A DNA stretch of 64,000 nt from Octopus bimaculoides (Eukaryota), in assembly GCF_001194135.2 (NCBI RefSeq), contig NC_068983.1:83627903-83691902 (forward strand). Direction: 5' to 3'. This document shows positions 50,130 to 63,868 of this stretch, piece after piece. The position numbers were made by a program, and so were the translations under genes. The notes under the pieces were generated by a model, which did no database searches, was not told where the DNA came from, and worked only from the letters and a program-made list of their open reading frames with translations. Position 1 is the first letter of the stretch; the number at the start of each line of letters is the position of its first letter.

Positions 50130-50607
50130 TGACGACATGAACAAATAAGAGGTGGTGGCAGTGGTACTGTTCTTTACCAAATTACATAAACATATCTTGA
50201 ACTACTAGAGTAAATTTATTCAATAAAATCGCCATTGGCTTCAACCATGGCCTCCGGATGACTTCGAAATCTCTTGCAACTCTTCTGAATGGTCTCCTTG
50301 TTTAAGTTGGTGAATGCTGCCATAATCCTTGCCTTCAGTTCATCTTTGATGTTACAAGGAGTTTTGTTGGTCTCTCACTCAACTGGGCCCCACACATAGT
50401 AATAAAGGGGATTGCAATCGAGGGAGTTAGGTGGCCAGATGTCAGGGCTGATGTGGTTGCAGAAATTGTCTGACAGCTACAACTAGGTTTTTCTGCTTGT
50501 ATGGCATGATGCAGAGTCCTGTTGCCAAGCACAGGGTCTTCCAGCAACCACCCTCTTGACCCAAGGTAGCACTACATTCTCCAGGCACTTGATGTAGGTA
50601 TCCATGT
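50130..50607 (-). mobile_element. Tc1/mariner-superfamily transposase C-terminal remnant, truncated by the gap
   Basis: YIKCLENVVLPWV...WQQDSASCHTS...WPPNSLDCNPL.YYVWG...ELKARIMAAF...ANGDFIE. Confidence 0.9.
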
Positions 50608-51912
50608 NNNNNNNNNNNNNNNNNNNNNNNNNNNNNNNNNNNNNNNNNNNNNNNNNNNNNNNNNNNNNNNNNNNNNNNNNNNNNNNNNNNNNNNNNNNNN
50701 NNNNNNNNNNNNNNNNNNNNNNNNNNNNNNNNNNNNNNNNNNNNNNNNNNNNNNNNNNNNNNNNNNNNNNNNNNNNNNNNNNNNNNNNNNNNNNNNNNNN
50801 NNNNNNNNNNNNNNNNNNNNNNNNNNNNNNNNNNNNNNNNNNNNNNNNNNNNNNNNNNNNNNNNNNNNNNNNNNNNNNNNNNNNNNNNNNNNNNNNNNNN
50901 NNNNNNNNNNNNNNNNNNNNNNNNNNNNNNNNNNNNNNNNNNNNNNNNNNNNNNNNNNNNNNNNNNNNNNNNNNNNNNNNNNNNNNNNNNNNNNNNNNNN
51001 NNNNNGTAGTCAACACAATCAAGAACAAACAATGTGCATGTGTGAAATTAAAGATAAAATTGGCGACAATTTACCTATCACCCCCTGTACATACAAATGT
51101 ATATTGCATACCATATATATTGATAATGTTATGTAATTTGTGTTGTTGATGTATAATGCATGTTTCATTGTGCAATGTGTGTGATGGATATATAATTAAT
51201 ACTGTATAAAGTGTGTCATTGTTGTATAATGTATGCTATTGTATAATGTGCATCCATGTTTCCTGTGTAATAGTTGTAATGCATACTGAACACACAGTGG
51301 CTGTATTATTGTTATATGATGTGTGTTGTAGATGTATAAGGTATATTAGTGAGATATGTTTTATTTTGAATAGAGACTATCTCTTACTGGTGTATAATGT
51401 GTGTTACTTCTCAATAATGTATGTTATTGTTACTGTTAATTTTACATATATTTATGTTGATTTATTTAGTTATTGTTTTTGTTTTTTTATTTTACTGCCA
51501 TAGCAGTCAATCAGTGTAATACTTCTAAACATGTTGAATGAGGTTAAGATAATTATAAGAGATGAAATGACCCATGGGCAGTATTACAGACCACTCAATG
51601 ACTGTTTTTCTTCAATTAGCAACAACCTTATTACGTTCCTTTGCATTAGCAAAACTATTTGGGATGAGAGTAGTTGCTGTTTTTTTTTCTTGGGTGTTTT
51701 TTTTTTTTTTTGGTTTTTGATTAGATGAGGGGTTTTGCTTTGTTTCCTCTTTTTCTTCTTAGCCCCAATTTGACTAAAAAAATAAAATAAAATAAAATAA
51801 AATAAATCATTATTATTATTAGCATAATCATTTTCATCATTTACCTTTATTATTATTTGGATAGTAACAACAACAACAAAAATAATAATAGTAATTATTA
51901 CTATTATTATTG

Positions 51913-51955
<43 letters not shown>

Positions 51956-52759
51956 NNNNNNNNNNNNNNNNNNNNNNNNNNNNNNNNNNNNNNNNNNNNN
52001 NNNNNNNNNNNNNNNNNNNNNNNNNNNNNNNNNNNNNNNNNNNNNNNNNNNNNNNNNNNNNNNNNNNNNNNNNNNNNNNNNNNNNNNNNNNNNNNNNNNN
52101 NNNNNNNNNNNNNNNNNNNNNNNNNNNNNNNNNNNNNNNNNNNNNNNNNNNNNNNNNNNNNNNNNNNNNNNNNNNNNNNNNNNNNNNNNNNNNNNNNNNN
52201 NNNNNNNNNNNNNNNNNNNNNNNNNNNNNNNNNNNNNNNNNNNNNNNNNNNNNNNNNNNNNNNNNNNNNNNNNNNNNNNNNNNNNNNNNNNNNNNNNNNN
52301 NNNNNNNNNNNNNNNNNNNNNNNNNNNNNNNNNNNNNNNNNNNNNNNNNNNNNNNNNNNNNNNNNNNNNNNNNNNNNNNNNNNNGTATCACTGTCCCACT
52401 CTTATCTCTTTGCCTTTCTTTTCCTTCTTCTCCTCCTCCCCTCCTCCCTCACTATCTCATAGAGATTTTTACTTTTTGCTCTATTTGTTACAACCAAATT
52501 TTGTTGTATTTCTTGCTTTTGTTATCATTATTATTATCATCATCATCATTGTCATTGCTTCTTTCTTCTCTACTTTTTCAAAATTCTTTAAATAATTTAC
52601 TGCCAAAATCCAAATAAATTATCTGCTCTGGTAAAAATCACCAAATTGTCAAAAAATTCAAAACCATAGAATTTTGTGATAAATTTTGAAGCTTGAAAAT
52701 TCCAAATTATATTTATGTAGGAGTACATATATGTGTATACATGTATTGATATATACATT

Positions 52760-53370
52760 GACATGTCGCTATGTGCATGCATGTGTGTTTGTGTGTGTGT
52801 TCACACGTATATCTGCATGTGTGTGTGTATATGTGTGTATTTAGTAATGTGTCTATGCACATAAAAGAAGTACGTATGTATATATGTATGTATGGATGTA
52901 TGTATGTATGCATGTATGTATGTCTGTCTGTATGTTCATCTGTCTGTTTGTTGGCATGTATGTATGCATGTATGGATTATGTACATACATATGTATGTTT
53001 GTCTGTCTGTCTGTATGTATGCATGCATGTATGCATGCTTGCATGTATGTATGTACATATGTATGTACATACATATGTATATATGTACATACATACATAT
53101 GTATATATGTACATACATACATATGTATGTATGTATGTATATATATGTATGTACATACGTATGTATATATGTACATACATACATATTATGTATGTATGTA
53201 TGTATGTATGTATGTGCACATATCTGCTTTTATGTGTGCAGTAATATATCTGTATACGTAGGAATGTCTAAGTTTATAGCTGATAAAGAAGCTGACAGAC
53301 AAACAGACAGACAGATAGACAGTTTAGATGGTTGGATGGATGGATGGATGAATGAATGGATGGATGTGTA
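52760..53370. repeat. Long compound (TATG)n/(TACA)n/(GACA)n/(TGGA)n array
   Basis: Seen directly; source of the MYV/HTY-type ORFs. Confidence 0.97.
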
Positions 53371-54329
53371 GGTATATAGGAAAGTAATCGGGTATGTTGG
53401 CTGGTATTTTATAAATTCAACTTCCTGTACAAAATCAATTTGTGATAAAAGAAAATATTCAATATTTATGGCAATTAATTAGTATGTTTCTATTAAACTA
53501 ATTACTTACTTAGGTATGTGACTGCTAATGTCTAGAGAAAGCATCTGGGAATGCAAGGTCTTTCTGACTTTCTCATAGACATTAGATGTATGAGGAATAC
53601 AAATGTGAATATAGTTGCTGTTGTTTTAACTGTATGTGAGCCTTGTTTGAACAGATATATGACCAGAGATGCTCCAACCATGACTACCCTGTCACAGTAT
53701 CAGACATTGAGTATCTGTTTGTCTCTTATTTCTACCTAGTCAATAACCTCATAAAACATGATTATCTAAGGACACCGTGAGATTATAAAAATATATATTA
53801 AAAAAAGGTAGTGACAGGAAGTGTATCAACATCATCATCGTCATCACCATCATTGTCATTGTCATTGTCATCATCATCGTTGTCATCTTCATTATTGTTG
53901 TCCTCATTGTCATTGTTATTATAATATCTACTTTTCCATGCTGTATGAATTTAAATGAGACTCTTTCGCAATGGAAGTGGCAAGGAATATTTATTCTGTT
54001 TATGGAAAAGAAGCTATAAGTGCCAAGACATGCCTAGGATGGCCTGGCCAGTTCACTGGAAATTTTTTCTTGACAAATTTCTCTCAGTCTGCACAACTAA
54101 AACTGCTGCTGGAAAAAATCCTAAGCCAGCCACATGAGAATTAGCAAAACAGTTCAAGTAAATCACACTTCAATCCTAAAACACCTTCACACACTAGGAA
54201 AAGTGTCTAAACTTGGTCAGTGGCTTCCTCTTGTGACTGCTTCTCAGCTTAATCAAGGTACTGTTCCTTGCTTATCACTAAAGAGTTAACTTGCTCCTGA
54301 ACATTTCCTGAGTTGAATCACTGCAAGTA

Positions 54330-54905
54330 ATAAAAAGTGGGTTGTCCATAATCATATCCAATGAAAATGAAAAAGTTTAGCACTCAATATAAAATAAGAA
54401 GCTATCCTCAAACAAAACCACAGCTGAAAAAAGTTATGTTGTATGTTTGATGGGATATGAAGGTTGTCATCTATTATGAAGTGTTAAACCAAACTGAAAC
54501 AGTTAATGCAGAGAAATATTATCAATTGGAAGTATTGCTCAAAAATATGCAGAAAAAGTACCCACCATTGGTCATTCATAAAGGAATCTTGCTTTTACAA
54601 GATAATGCAAGACCAGCTATTGACCTAGTCATTCAGGAAAAGATTACAGCACCAAGTATGGACGTTTTGCTTTGTCTTCTTTACTCTCCTGAACTTTCTC
54701 TCATCTTTTCAGATCATTGTAATGTTATCTAGAAAGAAAATAGTGTATTAATTGTGAAGAAGTTAAACATGATATTGTATGTTTCTTTGCTTTGAAACCT
54801 GAAAAATTTTGTACCTTAGGGATCAACAATTTGCCAAATAGATGGGATTCTGTTATTACTAACTGATGGGAGAATATTATCTTGATTAAATATATCAATT
54901 AAAAC
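54330..54905 (+). mobile_element. Mariner (DD34D-like) transposase C-terminal remnant
   Basis: KKVML.V.WDMK.VIYYEVL...ETVNAEKY...ILLLQDNARP...LYSPEL. Confidence 0.88.
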
Positions 54906-55229
54906 CAAAGAAGAATTTGCATTTTAACCATCTTGAAATGTGATGTGGTTTTCTTTTCTGGATTTCAGAAGCAACTTTAGTGGTGATGAGACATGTTTTT
55001 AGATATAAGTGTAATGTCTGGAAAATAAAAGGTGGGGAGCATGGATATAACTGAAGCAACTTTGACAATAGGTCTTCTTCATCAAGGCTGAACTGAAGTT
55101 TAGACAATAACATCAACAAATAAGTTTAGTGGCAACAAAAGTCACAGTTACTTCTGGAGGAATCTGAATACAAAAACTGAAAGAAGAACTAAACTAGAGA
55201 CCATAAATCAACTCGGAATAAACTCTTCA

Positions 55230-55265
<36 letters not shown>

Positions 55266-56158
55266 ACTACTACTACTACTACTACTACATTTTGAAAATA
55301 ATAATGAATCATTATGACTTTTAGTAAAGTCATAATATATCATCAGAGAATAATTTATTTCACAATATTTGTGCACACACACAAACATATGAAAACAGAA
55401 ATTCACAAAAAACATACCAACACACACAGATATATAACTATAAATATAAATATAACTGTGTGTGTATGTGTGTGTGTGTGTTTTATATATATATACATAT
55501 ATATCTACATATATATACACATATATATATATGCATATATATGTATGTATGTATGTATGTATGTGTGTGTGTATGTATGTATGCATGTATGTATGTATAT
55601 ATACATGCACAAACACTATTAATAATGATATTGGTAAGTTTAAATTTATAAGAAATATAAACAGTAAAACAAAGTGAGTAAAGAAATAATTGTCAATACA
55701 CTTTTCAATGCGGCCGAAACAAATAACTCTTCAAAGATGGTAAATTACATCAAAGGTAATAAATTGTGAAGAAATGAGATATAAGATATAAAATATACAA
55801 GTAGTTCCAATATGGTCAATAAAGAAAGTCATTTAGTAACTTGTTTAAATACTAAAAGATTTGATCTTAAAATTCCAATAATTAGGGTGTGAATATATTA
55901 AATACATGTGTTCTTTGTGACTGTATATGTGTATTTGTGTGTTTTATGTATATTTACATGCATGTGTGTGTGTGTGCATGTTTGTATGTGTGGATACATT
56001 AATGTTAAGTTTGTTAGTATCTGTGTATGCATGAATATTTGTATGTGTGCATGCTTAAATATATGTATTTTGATTGTATGCAAGTATGTGTGAGTGTGTG
56101 TGTGTATGTGTGTGTAAATCAATGCATGTATACATACATACATACATACATACATACA

Positions 56159-56189
<31 letters not shown>

Positions 56190-56220
56190 GTAGGCATGCA
56201 TATATATACATGTATGTATG
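55230..56220. repeat. Microsatellite cluster: (CTA)n/(CTG)n, (TATG)n, (TACA)n, (TG)n
   Basis: Seen directly. Confidence 0.9.
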
Positions 56221-56544
56221 TTTTCTATTTTTAATGATTTGAAATCTTGTAAAAAAAAAAAAAAAGAGGAGCTGGTTTCTAACAAAGATACAAAGTTCTA
56301 TCATTGGAATGTTGCTAGCATAAACATATTCTCATTTTGAACCTGAGAAAAGTCTTGCATATTATTACTGTTCCACTTATAAACTATATTTTTAAGGTGT
56401 GAGTTAGCTGGTTGATTTTTTATTATCTTTATTTATTTATTTATTTATTTTGAAACCCCCCAGCTTATCCAGATTCTCACTCAGACATTTACTCACAAAA
56501 CCAAGTGTACCAATTATTATTGGTATAAATGTGAATTTATAATT

Positions 56545-56985
56545 GGGATATATAGAAGCTGGTGGTTTCAGAGCAGTTGTCCGAAGTTATCTTCTTTCCC
56601 TTTAATTTTCAAAGAGATATTCACATCAGCAAAGTAGCTGACCTTTACAACAGTACATACTTTTTCCTGTCTGCCCCAAACAACAATAGCCTGCCTGTTA
56701 TGCTTGCACTTGGTAGAAGTTTTGATGGGAATGTTCAACCAATATTCCTTGTGTTGATGTTCATATATGTATTCAATAATTGTGGGGAATCTTTCTATTC
56801 CTTCTAGAACAGTCTTTTGTTAAGTAGCATTGTATATTATGTTAGTGTCAGCATGTCACATCAGGAGATAGCTACTTGATGACATTTTGGGACAGATACT
56901 GATCACATGTATAATGTCTTCCACAGAAATGTGACATAATCTACATTTTCCACATAATCTGTCTTGAATTCTTCTGTTATTGCCA
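56545..56985 (-). mobile_element. R4/Dong-like LINE fragment with a CCHC zinc knuckle and RLE domain
   Basis: CRLCHISVEDIIHVISICP (C-x2-C-x8-H-x4-C) followed by CKHNRQAIVVW..EKVCTVV.VS..ADVNISLKIK.KEDNFG.L. Confidence 0.85.
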
Positions 56986-56989
56986 GGAG

Positions 56990-57560
56990 AACTATAATGA
57001 ATAAGAGTTGAGGACTGATCCTTGGTGAACCCCTACTTCTACTCGGAATTCTTCACTATACTCGTTGTTAACCCTCACCTCACTGATTGCATCCCTGTAC
57101 AGGGCTTGTACAGCTCTTACCAACTACTCATTTATCCCTAGTTTCTGCATTGACCACGAGATAAGGGATAGGGAGACCCTGTCGAAGGCTTTCTCCAAGT
57201 CAACAAAAGCCAAGTACAAAGGTTTATCTTTGGTTAGGTATTTCTCTTGCAGTTGCCTTACCAGAAATATAGCATCAGTAGTGCTTCTGCCTTGCACAAA
57301 ACCAAACTGCATCTCATCTAGGCTAACTCTCTCCCTAATTAGTTGAGCAATGACCCTCTCTGTAATTTTCATCACCTGATCCAATAATTTGATACCCTAT
57401 AGTTATTTCTATCTAAAGCATCACCTTTACCCTTGTAGCAGTTGACTATGGTGCTGCTACACCAGTCATTGAGTATGATTTCTTCATGAACTATCTGATT
57501 TACGATGTGGGTGACAAGACTATAACCCACACTGCCCGATATTTTAAGCCTATCCTGGGG
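56990..57560 (-). mobile_element. RTE-type LINE reverse transcriptase fragment
   Basis: MQFGFVQGRSTTDAIFLVRQLQEKY...LYLAFVDLEKAFDRV...VGVHQGS. Confidence 0.93.
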
Positions 57561-57569
57561 GGTACATAT

Positions 57570-57600
<31 letters not shown>

Positions 57601-58607
57601 ATAATAATAATATTAGGGATAAAAATCCAAATTTACAGGTAAAAACTCAATTAAATTCAAATGAACCTTGTGGATTTTCATCGATGAGTTCATGAACCTT
57701 GGTTCTTTTCNNNNNNNNNNNNNNNNNNNNNNNNNNNNNNNNNNNNNNNNNNNNNNNNNNNNNNNNNNNNNNNNNNNNNNNNNNNNNNNNNNNNNNNNNN
57801 NNNNNNNNNNNNNNNNNNNNNNNNNNNNNNNNNNNNNNNNNNNNNNNNNNNNNNNNNNNNNNNNNNNNNNNNNNNNNNNNNNNNNNNNNNNNNNNNNNNN
57901 NNNNNNNNNNNNNNNNNNNNNNNNNNNNNNNNNNNNNNNNNNNNNNNNNNNNNNNNNNNNNNNNNNNNNNNNNNNNNNNNNNNNNNNNNNNNNNNNNNNN
58001 NNNNNNNNNNNNNNNNNNNNNNNNNNNNNNNNNNNNNNNNNNNNNNNNNNNNNNNNNNNNNNNNNNNNNNNNNNNNNNNNNNNNNNNNNNNNNNNNNNNN
58101 NNNNNNNNNNNNNNNNNNNNNNNNNNNNNNNNNNNNNNNNNNNNNNNNNNNNNNNNNNNNNNNNNNNNNNNNNNNNNNNNNNNNNNNNNNNNNNNNNNNN
58201 NNNNNNNNNNNNNNNNNNNNNNNNNNNNNNNNNNNNNNNNNNNNNNNNNNNNNNNNNGATGCTATCTGTGGGATTCTCAGCTTTTTTAGCTGCTATTTCT
58301 GAACTTCGGTATATGGTGAAGCAAATATTTGCTCATCCCTTAATTATGTTTATAAATATATATGAGCTTTTAAATAAGTTCTCCACCAATAATGGTGCTT
58401 TTATACCGATGGGCTTGGTAAAAATTATTAATTGTTAATTGATTTATTAATTTATAAATTGATAATCTTTTACCCTTTTAATTTGTAATAATTATTCACT
58501 CCCTGTTAGTATACGCAGATTCTCTGCGGTATCACTTGTCGCGCACATGGTAATTTTTTGAAGGAAGGACAGTTAGACTGGCTGACCGAGGTAGATTCGG
58601 TTATGCT

Positions 58608-58638
<31 letters not shown>

Positions 58639-58724
58639 TTAAACATATATATATGTGTGTGTATGTGTGTATATATATATATGTATAGAGTGTTTGAAGT
58701 GATGTACAGATATTGTATATTTAT

Positions 58725-58945
58725 ATTTCTTTATGGCCCACAGGGGCCTAAAATAGAGGGAACAAACAAGGACAGACAAACGGATTAAGTCAATTAGATC
58801 GACCCCAGTGCGTAACTAATCGACCCTGAAAGGATGAAAGGCAAAGTCAACCTCGGCGGAATTTGAACTCAGAACGTAACAGCAGATGAAATACCACTAA
58901 GCATTTCACCCCTCATGCTAACAATTCTGCCAGCTCACCACCCAG
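58725..58945 (-). mobile_element. SINE family A young copy
   Basis: Same subfamily as the copy at 10545. Confidence 0.9.
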
Positions 58946-59124
58946 ATATTGTACATTGAGAAAAAGGAGGCAGTTAGGATTCTGGATAATTCTTTATTAG
59001 CGCTTTCATTCGTTTAACTGAACTCTTGAAGAAAAAAAATCATATATATATATCATTGCAAATTGGCATGTAGAGAAGAAAAACAGAAGCACAAACATAC
59101 ATAAACGCACACACACTATATATA

Positions 59125-59400
59125 TCACCATCATCATCGTTTAACGTCCGCTTTCCATGCTAGCATGGGTTGGACGATTTGACTGAGGACTGGTGAAACC
59201 GGATGGCAACACCAGGCTCCAATCTAATTTGGCAGAGTTTCTACAGCTGGATGCCCTTCCTAACGCCAACCACTCAGAGAGTGTAGTGGGTGCTTTTACG
59301 TGTCACCCGCACGAAAACGGCCACGCTCGAAATGGTGTCCTTTATGTGCCACCCGCACACGAGCCAGTCCAGGGGCACTGGCAACGATCTCGCTTGAAAA
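59125..59400 (-). mobile_element. SINE-like family B young copy
   Basis: Reverse complement of the 28130-28325 core. Confidence 0.92.
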
Positions 59401-59409
59401 CCCTACTTA

Positions 59410-59654
<245 letters not shown>

Positions 59655-59655
<1 letters not shown>

Positions 59656-60120
59656 TTCAAGTTGGTCTGATCAATGGTACAGCTTGCTCATGAAATTAAT
59701 GTGTGAGTGGGCTGAGCACTCCACAGACATGTCTACCGGAACATAGTTCTCAGGGAGATTCTGCATAAACACAGAATATGAAACGGTTGGTCCTTTGAAT
59801 TGCCAGCTGAGTGGACTGGAGCAACATGCAATAAAAAGTCTTGCTCAAGGACACAACACACGACCTTGCCACCATGAGCCAAAATATCCTAACCACCAAG
59901 CCAGCAAGCGACACACCTTCACATGTATGTATATATGTATTATGTATGTATTCATATATGACAAGCTTCCCACAGTTTCTAATTGCCAAATTCACATACA
60001 AGGCACTAGTTGACCTAGGTATATAATGGAAAACACTTGCCCAAGGTACCATGCTGCGGGTTTGAACCTGAAACTATAAAGTTGAAAAGCAAATGTCTTA
60101 ACCACACAGCTATGCTTATG
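59655..60120 (-). mobile_element. SINE family D fragment followed by a family C fragment
   Basis: GGCTGAGCACTCCACAGACA (D core) and AAAACACTTGCCCAAGGTACCA (C core). Confidence 0.75.
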
Positions 60121-60304
60121 TCTGTTAATACCTGTGCCTATTAAACAATAGAATGATGAGGAGAGAGAGAAATAGTTTAAAAATACAAAAATAATGCAAT
60201 GAGGGAATTGAGTCTACTTACACAAAATCATTCATAAGTTAATTCTTTTGTGAACCCTAAGTAAAACAAATAATGAAGAACTACAATACAAAAAAAAATA
60301 AATA

Positions 60305-60336
60305 AAATAACATTAATAATAATAATAATAATGAAG

Positions 60337-60403
<67 letters not shown>
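60305..60403. repeat. (AAT)n microsatellite
   Basis: Seen directly. Confidence 0.98.
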
Positions 60404-60406
<3 letters not shown>

Positions 60407-60989
60407 CTAAATGTCTGAGTTGAGTTGTTAATAAGATTATAGATTTTCTAACTATTAACCTCATCTTTAGAGAGGAAGATGTTTTTAATATTTACTGCTA
60501 CACTACATTTCAATCAGAGATCAAACAGATCAAAACATAATGTAGATATAAATATTAAATAAAATTCATCTCTATTGATGAAGTTATTAATCCGAAAAAT
60601 TCTAATCTGAAAAACAAAAACAAAAGAAAACTGATACACTATCTTCAGATTTATAGAGGAGCAGTAGTTTCTTTATTTTATTCCTTTTGCTCAATCAAAT
60701 TAAAATTTAGTCATAGATTTAATTTGACAAGAACCTAACTTTTTCACTGTATCACTGAGCACATCATCATCATTATCATTTTGCTGTACACTTTTCCATG
60801 CTTTTATGGGTCAGATAGAATTCATTGAGGCAGATTTTCTATGGCTGGGTACCCTTTTTTTTGTCACCCCGCTTCATGTGTTCCTATTATTTCCCCTTTG
60901 CAGGATATGTTGTTGCAGAAGATTGGAAAGAAAAGTTATTATTCACATGGTGGTAACCCTTGTTTACAACTATTGTATAATGTCAAAAT

Positions 60990-61360
60990 AAAGAGACACA
61001 AACACACACATGCACACACAAGCACACACCCATGAACACACAGTCATGCACATGTTCATACACACAAATACACATGCATATGCATACACATATGCAAACA
61101 CACTCCCACATGCACACACACATAGATGCATACTCAAGCGCATACATACAAACACACACACTCAAACACACATGCTCACAAGCACACACACCCATGCACA
61201 CATGCACACACACACACATGTGCACACACACACCCATGCACACATGCACACACACACCCATGTGCACACACACACACACACCCATGTGCACACACACACA
61301 CACACCCATGTGCACACATGCACATTTACGCACACACACACACACACACACACACATGAT
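60990..61360. repeat. CA-rich minisatellite (CACACACACCCATG(TG)CA units)
   Basis: Seen directly. Confidence 0.9.
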
Positions 61361-61659
61361 GGGCTTTCAGTTTCCATCTACCAAACCTACTCACAAGTCT
61401 TTGGTCGGCCCAGAGACACACTGTGGGATTGAACTTGGAAACATGCTGTTGGGAAGCAAGCATTCTATCTACACAGCCATGCTTACATCTCTAAATAATG
61501 TAAGCAATTCTATTTCCAAGATAAACTACAAATCATATAGTAAATACACTGGGTCGATTTAACAGATCACAGAGGTGGTCCAGGTATATTGAGGAATTCC
61601 GTACCCACTGTACCATTAGAGACATTGTGTTCATATATATTTATGACAAATCAAAGGCA

Positions 61660-61870
61660 ACAAGCTGGCAGAATCATTAGCACACCGGGTAAAAACACTT
61701 AGCAGCATTTCATCTGTCTTTATGTTCTGAGTTCAAATTCCGCTGAGGTCGACTTTGTTTTTCATCGTTTCAGGGTCAATAAAATAAGTACCAGCTGAGC
61801 ACTGGGGTCAATATAATTGACTTACCCCTCCCTCGAAATTGCTGGCCTTGTGCCAAAATTTGAAATCAGT
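61660..61870 (+). mobile_element. SINE family A copy
   Basis: Full core. Confidence 0.9.
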
Positions 61871-61914
61871 ATATTTATGACAAATTGGACAAATTTAGTT
61901 CCTCTTTCTATAAC

Positions 61915-62142
61915 ATATAATCCTTTTTACTATAGGCACAAGGCTTGAAATTTTGGGGTAGGGGGCTAGTTGATTACATCAACCCCAGTGCGTAACTGGT
62001 ACTTATTTCATCGACCCCAAAATTATGAAACATGAAGTCGGAATTTGAACTCGGTGGAATTTGAACTCAGAACATAAAGATGGACGAAATGCCACTAAGC
62101 AGTTTGCCTGGCATGCTAACGATTCCGCCAGCTCACTGCCTT
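61915..62142 (-). mobile_element. SINE family A copy, tail-to-tail with the 61660 copy
   Basis: Reverse complement core, with a short internal duplication of GGAATTTGAACTC. Confidence 0.9.
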
Positions 62143-62189
62143 TTCTGTAACATCTGATAACAGAAGGATTTATGCTTACATGCTACCAG

Positions 62190-62650
62190 CTAATCAACCA
62201 TATCTCAGTTATGCAAACACCTCACAAACTCTGCAATAGCTAGTCCCGAGCCTGGTTGAGAAAGGAGGAAGGTGGTAGGTGTAGGGTTAGCAGCCGTCCA
62301 CTATCAACTCTCAACATAGTTTCATATGTCCTATGAGAGAACATCTGAAACCAGACTACATAAGGAGCAGTAGTCCTCAGAGACTATGTATGAAGTAATG
62401 ACATGAAAACTGAAAGGGAGCTATGATGGGGAACAATCTTTTCTCACTGAGGACAACCACACAGCTGTCAACTGGTATGTCAGGAACATGTTTGGAAATA
62501 GAACACAACAAAAACATGGAGAAGGTGCACAGAGCACTGGCAGGCAGCTTCAGCTGGGGACAACTACAATCTATTGCTAAAGATCAAGACAGATGGAGAA
62601 CTCTAGTTGACACTCTATGCTGTGCATGGAGTCAAAGAAATTAAATAGCA
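62190..62650 (+). mobile_element. Internally deleted RTE-like LINE remnant
   Basis: SWGQLQSIAKDQDRWRTLVDTLC matches the RTE terminal W...A.DR..WR..V..LC motif. Confidence 0.65.
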
Positions 62651-63774
62651 AGCTTCCCATAGCTCACAAATGTGAAATGTAGTCCTCTTCCTTGATATCT
62701 ATTATCTATAGCAAGGTAATCTTCATTATCATCTAATGTCCATTTCCATGCTGAATGGACTGGAGCTGGTAAGGTGGGAGGAGGAGGAGGAGGAGGATAT
62801 TTAGCTTGACTGAAAAAGTGCTACACCTCTGGTCAATTTAACTTACAAAACAATGCATGCAATGACAACGTGGGTTAATTTATTCATTCATTCATTCATG
62901 GTGCATTATACAATAGTTTTGGCTTACAAAGTCATAACTTACATTTAAGATTATCCAAATATACTGTAAATTGATCTGTGAACCTGTTGATTAATCTACA
63001 TTGTGTCATGCAAGTTAGACAGACCGTTTTAGCTACATGTTTTTATATATTACAAATAGCAATTAGTCACTAATCTCTTCATTGATAGAAGATGAATATT
63101 TTTTCTCTGGTGAAGGTCAACAAAACTGGAAACTGGTCAGAGCCCACAATCTTTTACCCTGAGAGAGAAAGAGAGAGAGAGAAATTGGTGCAAATACTTT
63201 GTTTTCTTACAGAAGCTAAAAGTGTGTTTATTAAAAATGATAGACCAGGGATGGGGAAACTTTTTGAATAAACAGGCTGCATAAGATTGTTGGGTATGGC
63301 CAGTTTCTGATCTTGTTAGATCTTCACCAGAGAAAGAATAGTCATCTTCTGTTAATGGAGAGATTAGTAATTGCATGAAACATGGCTCATCATCAAATGT
63401 GCCACTCATCATTTAGCAAGCTGCATTATTAAAAGAATTCAAGGCCATTCTTTGTTATGCATGCCATTCAAAAAGTTCCTTGAGTTGCAGTGGATCCATG
63501 ATGGCAGCAGACCTTATATCTCAAAAAACAGACATTACACAAACTTTGCCCCATATTAAATCAAACATAAATTCAGTTACTCTGTGTGTATGTTTTATCA
63601 TAAACAGGGAGGCAAATGTGGAAAATTCAGAACACAATCTTAGCAGGATTTGAACTTGGTACCATGTAGTATAAAAGTAGGTTGCAGGATGAGGTTATTC
63701 AAGTTCTCCTTCAATTTTCAACGTCAAAACTTTAAGAAAAATAATATTAATAGTTATAGTAGCAACAACAAGAA

Positions 63775-63779
63775 CAACG

Positions 63780-63834
<55 letters not shown>

Positions 63835-63868
63835 CAATAATAATAATAATAATAATAACAATAACAAT
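63775..63868. repeat. (AAT)n microsatellite
   Basis: Seen directly. Confidence 0.98.

Larger units (their letters stand above)
1311..58257. other. Assembly gaps (N runs) at ~1311-1320, 1930-2284, 5483-5492, 23972-24379, 25125-25314, 30889-30898, 44438-44877, 47468-47675, 50608-51005, 51956-52383, 57711-58257
   Basis: Runs of n, mostly flanked by microsatellites or repeat ends. The span is the envelope from the first to the last gap. Confidence 0.99.

Noticed and set aside
1829-58438. Long ORFs containing X runs
   Set aside because: Their length comes from N gaps.
62943-62963. 21-nt - strand microexon candidate (YIWIILN)
   Set aside because: Isolated, with a weak exon-end context; consistent with the background rate of chance AG..GTAAGT pairs.
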